This document shows, piece by piece, positions 53,516-64,000 of a DNA stretch of 64,000 nucleotides. Position 1 is the first letter of the stretch; every line of letters begins with the position of its first letter. The position numbers and the translations under genes were made by a program. Source of the stretch: Bryobacterales bacterium (GTDB lineage: Bacteria > Acidobacteriota > Terriglobia > Bryobacterales > Bryobacteraceae); assembly GCA_963738525.1 (NCBI GenBank), contig CAVTXC010000011.1, forward strand, positions 56,891-120,890, read 5' to 3'. The notes below the pieces were generated by a model. It had not been told where the DNA came from and searched no databases. It worked only from the letters and a program-made list of their open reading frames with translations.

Positions 53516-55331
53516 ATGGACCGGAAATTCATCCGCAATTTCTCCATCATTGCGCACATCGATCATGGGAAGAGCACATTGGCTGACCGCCTTCTCGAGA
53601 CGACAGGTGCGCTCTCGCAACGCGAGATGATGGCGCAGGTCCTTGACTCGATGGATCTAGAGCGCGAGCGTGGAATCACCATCAAGGCGCACGCGGTGCG
53701 ACTGAATTACCGCGGCGACGACGGGGTTGACTATCAGCTGAACCTCATTGATACTCCGGGGCACGTTGATTTCTCGTATGAAGTTTCGCGCAGCCTTCAG
53801 GCCTGCGAGGGCGCTCTGCTTGTGGTGGATGCGTCGCAGGGAGTGGAAGCACAGACGCTCGCCAACACTTATCTCGCTCTTCATCACAACCTCGAAATCA
53901 TCCCGGTAATTAACAAGATTGATCTGCCATCGGCTGAGCCTGAGCGCATTCGTGAACAGATTGAGCAGGTAATTGGGCTGGATGCAACCGACGCGCTTCT
54001 GGTGAGCGCCAAACAGGGCTTGGGAATTCATGAAACGTTGGAGGCGATTGTCGCGCGCGTGCCTCCCCCTAAAGGATCGCCCGACGATCCGTTGCGCGCA
54101 CTTATCTTCGACTCCTGGTTCGACGCCTACCGCGGCGTCATCATTCTGATGAAAGTCGTGGATGGCACTATCCGGCTCGGTCAGAAAATGCGACTGATGG
54201 CCCAGAACAAGGTCTATGAAGTAGAAGGTCTGGGCTATCAGGCCGCCCAAAGCGATTGCCACGCGAGAGCTTTCGGCTGGCGAAGTAGGGTTTGTATTCG
54301 CCAACATCAAGACAGTAGCAGACGCGAAAATCGGCGACACGATCACCGATGATGAAAACCGCGCGTCTGAACCGTTGCCGGGTTTTGAAGAGATCAAACC
54401 GATGGTGTTCGCCGGCTTATATCCGGTAGAATCGCACGAACATGGACTTCTGCGAGATGCTCTCGAAAAACTGCGGTTAAACGACAGCGCCTTTAACTTC
54501 GAGCCCGAAAATTCCGTAGCGCTGGGTTTCGGCTTCCGTTGCGGTTTTTTAGGCTTGCTTCACCTGGAGATTGTGCAGGAGAGACTCGAACGCGAGTTTA
54601 AGATCAACCTGATCACAACAGCGCCTGGTGTGCGTTATAAAGTGACCACCACCAAGGGAGATGTGATCGAGGTCGATAATCCTACTCGTTTCCCGGATCC
54701 CTCCAACATCAAACAGATTGAGGAGCCAATTATCGACGCCAGCGTGATCACGCGCGAGGACTTCCTTGGTGGGATTCTTGCACTGCTCGAGGAGAAACGC
54801 GGTATTCAGAAAAAATTCGAGTATATCGGGGCAGGACGTGTCTTGTTGGTTTACGAGATGCCTTTGAACGAGGTGGTGCTCGACTTCTACGATCGCCTTA
54901 AGTCCGTCTCTCGTGGGTATGCTTCCCTCGATTACCATTTGGCCGGCTTCCGCGTGTCGCCTATGGTGCGACTGGACGTGTTGATTGCAGCCGAACCGAT
55001 TGACGCGCTCTCGATCATCGTGCATCGGGACTTCGCCTACGATCGCGGAAAAATCCTGATCGAACGGATGCGAAAATTGATTCCACGTCAAATGTTCGAG
55101 GTCGCATTGCAGGCCGCTATTGGCAACAAAATCGTCGCCCGGGAAACGATCCCAGCGATGCGCAAGAATGTGTTAGCTAAGTGCTATGGCGGTGACATCT
55201 CGCGGAAACGCAAGCTTCTCGAAAAGCAAAAAGAAGGAAAAAAGAGAATGAAGCGGGTGGGCTCTGTGGACATTCCGCAAGAGGCCTTCCTTGCAGTGCT
55301 CAAAGTTGGAAATAGCGACTCTGAGGATTAG
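53516..55331 (+). CDS. lepA: Elongation factor 4 (LepA); single apparent frameshift near 54244
   Basis: [67 protein letters not shown]. Confidence 0.96.
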
Positions 55332-55361
55332 AAGGGCCGCTCCGATTCGAACCGCGTTACT

Positions 55362-56729
55362 ATGCTCAAACCCACTATCTTTCGCGAATATGACATTCGC
55401 GGCGTTGCTGAACTCGAACTCCTGGACGAGGGAATCTCCGATCTCGGGAGAGCAATAGGTACCACTCTTTCCCGCCGCGGCGCGACGAAACTCACTCTCG
55501 GTTGTGATTGCCGGTTAAGCTCGCCTCGTCTGCACGACGCGTTGCTCAAAGGTCTGGTTTCCACGGGCCTCGAAATTGCGGATCTCGGCACCGTACCAAC
55601 TCCGCTGCTCTACTATTCGGTTTTCCATTTGAAGGCCGGTGGGGGCATCATGATCACCGGAAGCCACAATCCGGCAGAGTACAACGGATTCAAGATCATG
55701 GCCACGAACTCCACCATTCACGGGAAGGAGATTCAGCAGCTCCGCGAAATGATCGACCGCCGGGATTTTGCAACCGGGCAGGGAAGCGTCGAATCTGTGG
55801 ACGTTGTGACTCCGTACGTGGAAGAGATCACTTCGCAATTTCATTTTGATCGCCGGGTGAAAGTTGTTTTCGATGCCGGTAACGGTGCCGCCGGCCCGAC
55901 GATGCATCGCATGTTGGAGAAGCTGAACGTCGACGCAACCGAGCTGTTTTTCGAGATGGACGGCCGGTTTCCCAATCATCATCCGGATCCCACGGTCCCG
56001 GCCAATCTCGATCATCTGATCGCAGCGGTGCGGGAGAAAAAAGCGGACCTGGGGATTGCGTTCGATGGAGACTCCGATCGAATTGGCGCAGTCGACGATC
56101 AGGGCGCGGTGGTTTATGGGGATCAGCTCATGATCATCTACAGCCGGGAAATTCTTTCCCGCAAGCCGGGCGCGACCATTATCGGGGAAGTGAAGTGTTC
56201 CCAGTCCATGTATGACGACATCCGCAAACTGGGTGGAAACGGCATCATGTGGAAGACTGGTCATTCACTCATTAAAGCCAAGATGAAGGAAGAACGGGCG
56301 GAACTCGCCGGCGAGATGAGCGGCCACATGTTCTTCGCGGACCGGTACTACGGATTCGACGATGCACTATACGCCGCCTGCCGCCTGATTGAGATTGTAG
56401 CTACCTCAGGACGGCCACTGTCTTATCAACTAGCCGATCTCCCCAAAACGGTGTCAACGCCCGAACTTCGGGTGGACTGTCCGGACGAATCGAAATTCGA
56501 CGTTGTGAGGAAGGTGCGCGAACACTTTCGCGGCCTATACAACACGATCGACGTCGATGGTGCGCGCATTAATTTCCCAAGCGGATGGGGTTTGGTCCGT
56601 GCCTCGAACACCCAGCCTGTTTTGGTTCTGCGCTTTGAAGCAACTACACCCGAGCTATTGGGTCAGTACCGCCGAGAAGTGGAAGAGGTTGTGAAAGCCG
56701 CTGCTGGTTCCCAGTTGCTAACTGTGTAA
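55362..56729 (+). CDS. Phosphomannomutase/phosphoglucomutase (AlgC-like)
   Basis: IFREYDIRG, ITGSHNP, FDGDSDR, AGEMSGH, VRASNTQP. Confidence 0.94.
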   Translation: MLKPTIFREYDIRGVAELELLDEGISDLGRAIGTTLSRRGATKLTLGCDCRLSSPRLHDALLKGLVSTGLEIADLGTVPTPLLYYSVFHLKAGGGIMITGSHNPAEYNGFKIMATNSTIHGKEIQQLREMIDRRDFATGQGSVESVDVVTPYVEEITSQFHFDRRVKVVFDAGNGAAGPTMHRMLEKLNVDATELFFEMDGRFPNHHPDPTVPANLDHLIAAVREKKADLGIAFDGDSDRIGAVDDQGAVVYGDQLMIIYSREILSRKPGATIIGEVKCSQSMYDDIRKLGGNGIMWKTGHSLIKAKMKEERAELAGEMSGHMFFADRYYGFDDALYAACRLIEIVATSGRPLSYQLADLPKTVSTPELRVDCPDESKFDVVRKVREHFRGLYNTIDVDGARINFPSGWGLVRASNTQPVLVLRFEATTPELLGQYRREVEEVVKAAAGSQLLTV

Positions 56730-56753
56730 ACGCTGATTGCGTAAACAAGGAAT

Positions 56754-57257
56754 CTAGTTGCGAGGACCGATACCTTCGGTGCGGCCCGCCAGCGGCTGCA
56801 CCACTGAGCCTCCGCATACCGCGACGCCCGTCTTCACTAGCGCGTTGAGGAAATTCGTAAATAACGCATAGAAGACCTGTTCGGTAATCGGCTGCTTTCC
56901 CGGAAGACGAAATGTCGCGGGAAGTTCTTTCGAAATTCGCAAACGAACTGAGTTCGCCTGACTCTTGCCCGCGCGATCTTTCTTGTTCTCAAGCGAGATC
57001 GGCGTCTGCATGACTCCGCCCGTGCGGCCGTCAACGTAAAACTGGCATCGCGAAAACCATCCCAGGTTAGCTGGATCCGAGGCATCGAACAAAAGCAGTG
57101 GGGCTTGGCGGTTGAGCGCAGTCAGATCGAGCTGGATACTTCGTTCGCTATCTCGGATCCGGCTTTCGAAACCTGCTTGTCGCGCTACTTCGGAAACGGT
57201 CTCGGCTTCGAGTTCGAGGAGTATGAATTTAAAACGGCCCGCCTGCAGCACCTGCAT
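56754..57257 (-). CDS. Hypothetical cytoplasmic protein
   Basis: Intact ~167-aa ORF filling the gap; protein-like composition; no motif recognised. Confidence 0.65.
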   Translation of the reverse strand: MQVLQAGRFKFILLELEAETVSEVARQAGFESRIRDSERSIQLDLTALNRQAPLLLFDASDPANLGWFSRCQFYVDGRTGGVMQTPISLENKKDRAGKSQANSVRLRISKELPATFRLPGKQPITEQVFYALFTNFLNALVKTGVAVCGGSVVQPLAGRTEGIGPRN

Positions 57258-57279
57258 CAAACCTGTATTCTAGCAACGG

Positions 57280-59142
57280 ATGCGCTATCGCCCGCTTATA
57301 ATCTCTATTCTTCTTTGGACACCGTTTTCCCATGTTCGTGCCGCCGATAAACCGGACTCTCTGGCCGCGTACGTAAAAGCGAGCTACACCAAATACGAGT
57401 TCAATATCCCAATGAGGGACGGGAAGACGCTCTTCACCCAGGTGTTTCGTCCCAAGGACACGTCCAAAACGTATCCGTTCCTGCTCAATCGGACTCCCTA
57501 CAGCGTCGGTCCTTATGGGTCGGACAACTACCCGCCTACGCTTGGTCCATCCGAGAAATTTGTTCGGGAGGGATACATCTTTGTGCGCCAGGACGTGCGC
57601 GGCCGCTATTTGTCGCAAGGGGATTTTGTCGAGATGACGCCGCATCTGGAGAAGAGGCAATCCGCGACGGATGTCGATGAAAGCACGGATACCTTCGACA
57701 CAGTCGAATGGTTGCTCAAGAACGTGCCCGGCAACACCGGAAAGGCGGGGATCTACGGCATCTCGTATCCGGGGTTCTTTAGCATCGCTAGCGTTCTCGA
57801 GGCGCACCCGGCGCTTGTCGCCGCATCACCGCAAGCGCCCATGATGGATCTGTTTAAGGGCGACGATGCTTACCACAATGGCGCTTTTATGCTCGCCGCC
57901 AACTTCGGATTTTATGTATTCTTCAAGGTTCGCGATGAAGTGGCTCCACCCCGCAAAGGTGAAGGGGAGTTCCAGTTCGGCACTCCGGATGGATACGATT
58001 TCTATCTCCGGATGGGACCTCTCGTCAATGGAGACGAAAAGTATTTGAAGCGCAAGAACCACTATTGGACGGACCAGGTGGAGCATTGGGCATATGACGA
58101 CTGGTGGAAAAGCCGGGCCGTTGCCCCTCACATTCACAACATCACTCCCGCGCTGCTTACAGTCGGAGGTTGGTTCGACGCGGAGGATCTTCAAGGCCCT
58201 TTGCGACTCTTTCGAACAGTCAATGAACAGAGCCCTAAAACGGACAATCGCATCGTAATGGGCCCTTGGGTCCATGGAGGATGGGCGCGATCGGAGGGCG
58301 ACAAGCTCGGCGATATTCAGTTCAGCGCAAACACAGCGGAGTTCTTTCGGGACGAGATCCAGTTTCCCTTCTTTGAACAAACGCTGAAAGGTAAGGGCGA
58401 CGCTAATCTGCCGAAAGCGTACATGTTTGAAACGGGAACGAACCAGTGGGTGAAGTTCGACTCATGGCCCCCCGCGAAGGCAACCACCCGTTCCTTCTAC
58501 CTCGCGCCCGGCGGCCGGCTGGCTTTGACCGCGTCGGAGAAAGATGCATTCTCCGAGTATGTGAGCGACCCGAATAAGCCTGTTCCCTTTACTACCCATA
58601 TCTCTACTTCCGTTCCGACTGATTACATGGATGCGGACCAGCGATTCGCGGCTCAGCGCCCCGACGTGCTGGTATTTGAAACCGATCCTCTGAATGAAGA
58701 TGTTGTCTTCGCCGGTCCGATACAGGTGAATCTTCGAGTATCCACCTCCGGCACTGATTCCGACTTTGTAGTGAAGCTAATCGACGTTTATCCCAACAAC
58801 TATCCCGATCCGGACCCGAATCCGAAAGGCGTCAACATGGGTGGCTACCAACAGCTGGTCCGAGGAGAACCGTTTCGGGGAAAGTTCCGGAAAAGCTTTG
58901 AAAAGGCTGTCGCCTTCAAACCCGGCGTTCCCGATGAAGTCGCTTTCAAGATGCCGGACATTCTACACAGCTTTCGCCGGGGACATCGGATCATGATTCA
59001 AATACAGAGCTCCTGGTTTCCCCTCACCGATCGGAACCCGCAGCGCTTCGGTGACATCCCGAACATGCGTGCGTCCGATTTCCAGAAAGCTACGGAGCGG
59101 GTGTACGGAGACTCCCACTTGACGGTGACGGTACTTCCCTAA
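57280..59142 (+). CDS. CocE/NonD family hydrolase (alpha-amino-acid ester hydrolase-like), exported
   Basis: IPMRDG, RTPY, QDVRGRY.S.G, GISYPG, GGWFDAED, GPWVHG, IQIQSSWFP. Confidence 0.92.
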   Translation: MRYRPLIISILLWTPFSHVRAADKPDSLAAYVKASYTKYEFNIPMRDGKTLFTQVFRPKDTSKTYPFLLNRTPYSVGPYGSDNYPPTLGPSEKFVREGYIFVRQDVRGRYLSQGDFVEMTPHLEKRQSATDVDESTDTFDTVEWLLKNVPGNTGKAGIYGISYPGFFSIASVLEAHPALVAASPQAPMMDLFKGDDAYHNGAFMLAANFGFYVFFKVRDEVAPPRKGEGEFQFGTPDGYDFYLRMGPLVNGDEKYLKRKNHYWTDQVEHWAYDDWWKSRAVAPHIHNITPALLTVGGWFDAEDLQGPLRLFRTVNEQSPKTDNRIVMGPWVHGGWARSEGDKLGDIQFSANTAEFFRDEIQFPFFEQTLKGKGDANLPKAYMFETGTNQWVKFDSWPPAKATTRSFYLAPGGRLALTASEKDAFSEYVSDPNKPVPFTTHISTSVPTDYMDADQRFAAQRPDVLVFETDPLNEDVVFAGPIQVNLRVSTSGTDSDFVVKLIDVYPNNYPDPDPNPKGVNMGGYQQLVRGEPFRGKFRKSFEKAVAFKPGVPDEVAFKMPDILHSFRRGHRIMIQIQSSWFPLTDRNPQRFGDIPNMRASDFQKATERVYGDSHLTVTVLP

Positions 59143-59181
59143 TAACCGTCGTTGGATGAGCTCTCGTAAGATCCTAGACGT

Positions 59182-60192
59182 ATGAGATACGTTGCGCTAC
59201 CGCGATTCGGACTCAACGAACTGAGCATTCAGGAAAGCGAGGTGCCGAGACCTGGCCCACAGCAGGTGTTGATTCGCGTCCATGCCAACTCCCTGAATTT
59301 TCGCGACCTACGCGTTGTCCAAGGGCTTTACGATCCAAAGATGCAGCTGCCGAGAGTCCCGCTTTCCGATGGTGCCGGCGAAGTTGTCGAGACGGGTGCG
59401 GGTGTGGCACGTTTTCGTCAGGGCGATCGTGTCGCCGGCATCTTCATGCAGTCGTGGTTGTCCGGGCCGATTCAGGATCGCTACTCCGCATCCGCTCTCG
59501 GTGGTGCGGTGGACGGGATGCTGAGCGAGTATGTGGTTCTCCATGAAGACGGTCTTGTTCCTATACCAGAGCACTTGACGTATGAAGAGGCTGCTACGCT
59601 CCCGTGCGCAGCGGTGACGGCCTGGAATGCGTTGATGCATCAGAGCCGCATCAGGGCCGGCGAGACGGTCTTGATCCAGGGTACCGGTGGAGTGTCACTG
59701 TTTGCTCTCGACTTTGCGAGGGTGGCAGGCGCTCGTGTAATAGCCACTTCGAGCAGCGATGAAAAGCTCGACCGAGCTCGCGGCTTGGGCGCCGCCGAAG
59801 GGATTAACTATCGAAAGAACGCGCAATGGTCACGTGCTGTCAAAGAACTAACGGGTGGAAAGGGTGTCGATCACATCGTCGAAGTAGGGGGTGCCGGAAC
59901 GCTCGAGCAGTCATTGCGGGCAGTCTGCGTGGGTGGACATATCAATATGATTGGCGTCCTGGCCGGTGTGTCCTCCGAAATTCCAACTGCGTTGATCTTG
60001 CAGAAATCCGTTCAGATCCACGGCATTTATGTGGGGTCGCGTGACATGTTCGAAGCCATGAATCGTGCGATCGCTCTTCATCGAAGTAAGCCTACGATCG
60101 ATCGTGTTTTCGGCTTCACCGAAATTCGGGATGCGTTGGCGCATATGGAGAGCGCCTCACATTTTGGCAAAATTGTAATTCGGCAAGAGTAA
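59182..60192 (+). CDS. MDR-family NAD(P)-dependent alcohol dehydrogenase/quinone reductase
   Basis: SLNFRD, PLSDGAGEV, AATLPCAAVTAWNAL, QGTGGVS, HFGKIVI. Confidence 0.9.
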   Translation: MRYVALPRFGLNELSIQESEVPRPGPQQVLIRVHANSLNFRDLRVVQGLYDPKMQLPRVPLSDGAGEVVETGAGVARFRQGDRVAGIFMQSWLSGPIQDRYSASALGGAVDGMLSEYVVLHEDGLVPIPEHLTYEEAATLPCAAVTAWNALMHQSRIRAGETVLIQGTGGVSLFALDFARVAGARVIATSSSDEKLDRARGLGAAEGINYRKNAQWSRAVKELTGGKGVDHIVEVGGAGTLEQSLRAVCVGGHINMIGVLAGVSSEIPTALILQKSVQIHGIYVGSRDMFEAMNRAIALHRSKPTIDRVFGFTEIRDALAHMESASHFGKIVIRQE

Positions 60193-60195
60193 TTT

Positions 60196-60954
60196 ATGCG
60201 CGCTCCCTGGATCGTCACTATCGCCATTTGCTCTCTGAGCGCGTGCGGCCCGGGAGTCTTTTCGGCTCCCGCTCCGCAGACTGAACTGCACGTTGCCGCC
60301 GCTGCAAACCTCTCCGTCATCTTTGACTCCCTGGCAAAAGCGGAGCAGCGCCGTACCGGTGTCCGATTGATCCCCAGTTTCGGATCAACTGCCCAACTCA
60401 CCAAGCAGATCGAAGCGGGCGCCCCATTCGACCTCTTTCTGGCCGCCGATAGCGATCACCCGACAGAGCTTGTAAAAGAGGGGCTAGCGGCAGGACAACG
60501 TGAGTACGCCAGGGGTCGCGTCGTCATCTGGGCTCCCAAACGCAAAGACATCCACACACTTGAAGATTTGGTTCGCGACGATGTGAAAGTCGTAGCCATC
60601 GCTAATCCGGATCTCGCCCCTTATGGAAAGGCGGCGGTGGAGGCTCTCAAGTCTTCGAATCTATGGAGCCGTGTGCAACCTAGAGTGGTGTACGCCCAAA
60701 ACATCTCGGCGGCTTTGAACTATGCAGATACAGGGAACGCCGATGTGGCGCTCACGGCTTTTTCACTCGTGGCCGCCAAGAACGCTCATCCTGATCTGGT
60801 TCCCGCCGATCTTCACAGACCAATCATTCAATCGCTTTGTACGTTGAATCGTACTTCGCAACGCTCCGAAGCTGCGAAAGTAGCTGAGTTCTTTGTAGGA
60901 AAAGAAGCGGGGCAGATCTTCGAAAAAAACGGCTACTCCACCCCCGGCCGGTGA
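60196..60954 (+). CDS. modA: Molybdate ABC transporter substrate-binding protein
   Basis: Lipoprotein-like LSAC; VAAAANL, FGSTAQL, GAPFDLFLAAD, AIANPDLAPYGKAA. Confidence 0.88.
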   Translation: MRAPWIVTIAICSLSACGPGVFSAPAPQTELHVAAAANLSVIFDSLAKAEQRRTGVRLIPSFGSTAQLTKQIEAGAPFDLFLAADSDHPTELVKEGLAAGQREYARGRVVIWAPKRKDIHTLEDLVRDDVKVVAIANPDLAPYGKAAVEALKSSNLWSRVQPRVVYAQNISAALNYADTGNADVALTAFSLVAAKNAHPDLVPADLHRPIIQSLCTLNRTSQRSEAAKVAEFFVGKEAGQIFEKNGYSTPGR

Positions 60955-62957
60955 ATCGCCGGGGCAGGCGGAAGATACACTCGGAAGGTGGTGCCGGCTC
61001 CGGGTGCCGTGCGAACCTCGAGAGCTCCATCGTGGCTCCGAACAATTCCGAATACGGCCGATAAACCGAGCCCGCGCCCGGTGAATTTAGTAGTAAAAAA
61101 TGGTTCGAAGATCTTGCTAAGAGTCTCCGAATCCATTCCGTGGCCATTGTCGATCACTTCCAGGCAAACGTAATTTCCGGCCGGAACCGATTCTCCCAGT
61201 ACGAAAGCCTCTCGGGCTCCGTCGCTAAGGGCAGCCATCCTGGTAGACACCTTAACCGTTCCCTCTTCCCCCGTCGCCTCGGAGGCATTAATGACGAGAT
61301 TCATAATAATCTGCTGAATCTGCGTCGCGTCGCCCTCGATGGGGGGCAGCTTGTCGCTTAGAGAGGGCTGGAGTGTAACCGTGCGTGAAATGGATGCGCG
61401 CATTAGCACCGAAATCTCATTTACTAAACGCGAAAGGTCCAAACGACGGACCGTAAACTTCCCTCGTCCGGAGTAGGCGAGGAGTTGTCGCGTGAGATCC
61501 GCTGCACGTTCGCCGGCGCTGATGACGTTTCGCAGCATATCGAGATTGGGATCATCGTCCGCAAGGTTGTCCACCACAAAGCTCGCGCTTCCGATAATGC
61601 CCGTGAGGAGATTGTTGAAGTCGTGCGCGATACCGCCAGCCAGCAGACCAATGCTTTCCAGTTTGTGAGCTTGAAGGACAGCTTCCTCAGCTTGTTTTCG
61701 TCCGGTGATATCAAGAGCAACTCCGGCTAACCGGAGTTCCTGAGCCTCTCCGTGGCATTGTGCGAGCCCGCGGGAAGAAAGCCAGTGAACCGAGCCGTCG
61801 GGCCACGTTACTCGAAACTCGCAATCGTACTCAGCCTGGTTCTCGAGCGCCTGCCGCGCAGCCGCATCGGCGCGCTCGCGATCTTCCGGATGAATTTGCT
61901 CATGTAGGCGCGCCGAGGTAAGAGGACTATCATCTTCCGGCAATCCGAAAAGGCGTTTGCAACCCGTCGTCATCAACACCCGGTCCTGTTGCGAGTAGAG
62001 GTACCAGATCCCGACTTCGGCAGCCTCGGTCGCGAGGCGCAGGCGCTCTTCGCTCTCCTGCATCCGCTGCTCGTTATCGCGCAGTTTTTCGTAGGCCTCT
62101 TCCAGCTCTCGCGCCCGCAGACGTTCGGCCTGCCGCAATCGGCTTCGTTCCAGCGCGGACCTAAGGCGGGCCATGAGCAGAACGGGATCAAAGGGCTTAA
62201 CGACGTAATCCTCCGCGCCCATCTCCAGGCACTGGATCACGCGTGCAGTCTCATCGAGCGCGGACAGCATGATCACCGGAATGGCACGCAGGCGGCCGTC
62301 GCTCTTCAAGCGTTTTAACACCTCAATGCCGTCCATCCCCGGCATCATCAGGTCCAGGAGAATCAAATCAAGGTGTTGTTTGCTCGCTCGGGTTAACGCG
62401 GCCTCGCCGCCAGAAGCAATAAACGCATTCAGTCCCTGCCGTTCTAGTAAACGGGCCAGGAGATCGCAGTTTCCGGGGTTGTCGTCGACAACTAGAACCT
62501 CACCCGTTGCAAGAGCTTCCGCTACCCCCGTGATCGCCACGGGAGTCCTCTCGGCGACCGTTCGGTCATGGACCCCGGTCGCGAACTCGACCAACTCCGC
62601 GGCCGCGCTCCCGATGCGCAGAACGTCTGCGATATTGAGACCGGCCCGGTACGCAGCTCCATCCGCGATCAAGCTGCCGATGTGACGCGTAATCTCGGCC
62701 AAAGGTGGCTGCAGCCGCGACCGCAAACTTTGCAGACGCTCCGGACTGATGTTCGGCTCGTCAGGGGGGAGTTCCTCATGAAGCACGTCCAGGATCGCCC
62801 GTCCGCTCTCCCTTATTTGATTGATCGAATCGAGAACAGGCGAACCAATCTTGCAGCTCAGATCTTCCGCCAGCATTTCGCTATAACCGGCTATTTGGTT
62901 CAGCGGAGTTCGAAGGGCATGGCGAAGCTGGGACGAGACTACCGTTCCCGACTTCAA
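60933..62957 (-). CDS. Signalling protein: N-terminal HisKA-like domain, REC, PAS/PAC, HisKA, HATPase
   Basis: RHALRTPLNQIAGYSEML; VLVVDD...LLDLMMPG...YVVKP; IHPEDR..WPDGSVHW; GIAHDFNNLL; FFTTKFTGRGLGL. Confidence 0.88.
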   Translation of the reverse strand: MKSGTVVSSQLRHALRTPLNQIAGYSEMLAEDLSCKIGSPVLDSINQIRESGRAILDVLHEELPPDEPNISPERLQSLRSRLQPPLAEITRHIGSLIADGAAYRAGLNIADVLRIGSAAAELVEFATGVHDRTVAERTPVAITGVAEALATGEVLVVDDNPGNCDLLARLLERQGLNAFIASGGEAALTRASKQHLDLILLDLMMPGMDGIEVLKRLKSDGRLRAIPVIMLSALDETARVIQCLEMGAEDYVVKPFDPVLLMARLRSALERSRLRQAERLRARELEEAYEKLRDNEQRMQESEERLRLATEAAEVGIWYLYSQQDRVLMTTGCKRLFGLPEDDSPLTSARLHEQIHPEDRERADAAARQALENQAEYDCEFRVTWPDGSVHWLSSRGLAQCHGEAQELRLAGVALDITGRKQAEEAVLQAHKLESIGLLAGGIAHDFNNLLTGIIGSASFVVDNLADDDPNLDMLRNVISAGERAADLTRQLLAYSGRGKFTVRRLDLSRLVNEISVLMRASISRTVTLQPSLSDKLPPIEGDATQIQQIIMNLVINASEATGEEGTVKVSTRMAALSDGAREAFVLGESVPAGNYVCLEVIDNGHGMDSETLSKIFEPFFTTKFTGRGLGLSAVFGIVRSHDGALEVRTAPGAGTTFRVYLPPAPAIHRPGVE

Positions 62958-64000
62958 GCGCTCTCCTCGTGACTCTGCTCGTTCTCGCCTCCGCGAAGTT
63001 CCTTCACGACGGTGCGGCTCACCTCCGCAAGTAGCTCGTCTCGGCTATACGCCCCTTTCTGCAAAACGCGGCTGACCTGTCCGTTGAGTTGACGTCTTTC
63101 CGCTTCGCTGAGGTCTTTAGCGGTAACGACCACGATCGGAATCCGCCGCAAGTCTTCGTTTTGCTTCAATTGGGACACAAACTCGAATCCGTCCATTTCA
63201 GGCATCATCAAGTCCAGAAGGATTACTTTAGGCCTTTGATCGCGCAGCCGCTCCAGAGCCACTCGGCCATTCTCGGCTTGGTCCACCTTCCATCCGTCAT
63301 TCTCGAGAAAGCGGCGGAGGACATCGCGCGATTCCGGATCGTCTTCGACCACCAACGCCGATTGCGGCTCTCCGCCACGGTGATATCTCGATAAAACGGC
63401 GCTCAAACGCTCTCGATCGATCGGCTTGGTGAGGTAATCGGAGGCGCCTAAGGTGAACCCGAGATTGCGGTTATCGACGATCGTCAGAACGACGACGGGA
63501 ATGCTCGCCAGTTCCTTGTCTGATTTCAATTGGGCGAGCACGGACCACCCGTCCATACCCGGCATCATGATGTCGAGTGTGATGGCGCTCGGCTTCAAAG
63601 CTCGCGCGGCTCTAAGTCCCTGCTCGCCCGAACGAGCGGACTCTACACGGAACCCTTGCTTTCCAAGAGTACGCCGCAGCATCTCGTGAACGCCGGGATC
63701 GTCATCGATGACGAGAACTATGTCCTGCCGAGCAGTTTCCGCAACACCGTCCTGGGGAAGAGATCCCGGAGTTGCTGACGAACTCTCGATGTTGGCCAGC
63801 GAGACGGCGGAGGGAATCAACAGACGGAAGGTAGAGCCTCGCCCCTTCTGGCTCTCCGTCTCGATATCGCCCCCCATCATGCGCGCGAAGCGACGGCTCA
63901 GCGCCAAACCCAGCCCCGTACCCCCGTATTTTCGCGTGGTGGATGCGTCGGCCTGAGTGAATGGGTCGAAAAGCTTTCTCAGCTCGTCCCGAGACATGCC
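62954..64000 (-). CDS. C-terminal part of hybrid histidine kinase (HATPase plus two REC domains), 5' truncated by window
   Basis: LFDPFTQADASTTRKYGGTGLGL, MGGDI; REC1 ITLDIMMP; REC2 LLDLMMP. Confidence 0.9.
   Translation of the reverse strand, partial: GMSRDELRKLFDPFTQADASTTRKYGGTGLGLALSRRFARMMGGDIETESQKGRGSTFRLLIPSAVSLANIESSSATPGSLPQDGVAETARQDIVLVIDDDPGVHEMLRRTLGKQGFRVESARSGEQGLRAARALKPSAITLDIMMPGMDGWSVLAQLKSDKELASIPVVVLTIVDNRNLGFTLGASDYLTKPIDRERLSAVLSRYHRGGEPQSALVVEDDPESRDVLRRFLENDGWKVDQAENGRVALERLRDQRPKVILLDLMMPEMDGFEFVSQLKQNEDLRRIPIVVVTAKDLSEAERRQLNGQVSRVLQKGAYSRDELLAEVSRTVVKELRGGENEQSHEESA

Noticed and set aside
54235-54255. Programmed frameshift or pseudogene in lepA
   Set aside because: One extra base in GGCCGCCC with no slippery heptamer; both halves are highly conserved and similar indels are common in this assembly.

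Overview
Gene-dense, GC-rich bacterial chromosome segment with about 55 genes. Two TIGR03437-type (Solibacter C-terminal domain) proteins and the general gene content suggest Acidobacteriota (Bryobacter/Solibacter-like); this is inference. No rRNA, tRNA, CRISPR array, integrase or transposase was recognised. Left end: DNA-repair neighbourhood (rarA, ligD, ku, DUF72, ada). Middle: housekeeping and envelope genes (ltaE, hemW, lone nuoA, mqnC, pyk, GT2-methyltransferase, ftsK) and a sugar-oxidation operon with two GMC oxidoreductase/subunit-3 pairs, ROK, SIS and Gfo/Idh/MocA. Right: SpoIVB-type S55 peptidase plus a beta-propeller gene divergent from exosortase/epsI, then nusB-ribH, lepA, PMM/PGM, CocE, lone modA and hybrid kinases. 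Many genes carry single-base frameshifts in patches, most likely long-read consensus errors, so their coordinates are approximate. The most unusual DNA feature is at 9600-10316: two ~308-bp chimeric repeats built from the 3' ends of the convergent ada and ltaE genes. The ada part is synonymously recoded and lacks the HTH and the catalytic PCHR segment. Also notable: a TIGR03437 domain interrupted twice by a module resembling phage tail sheath.
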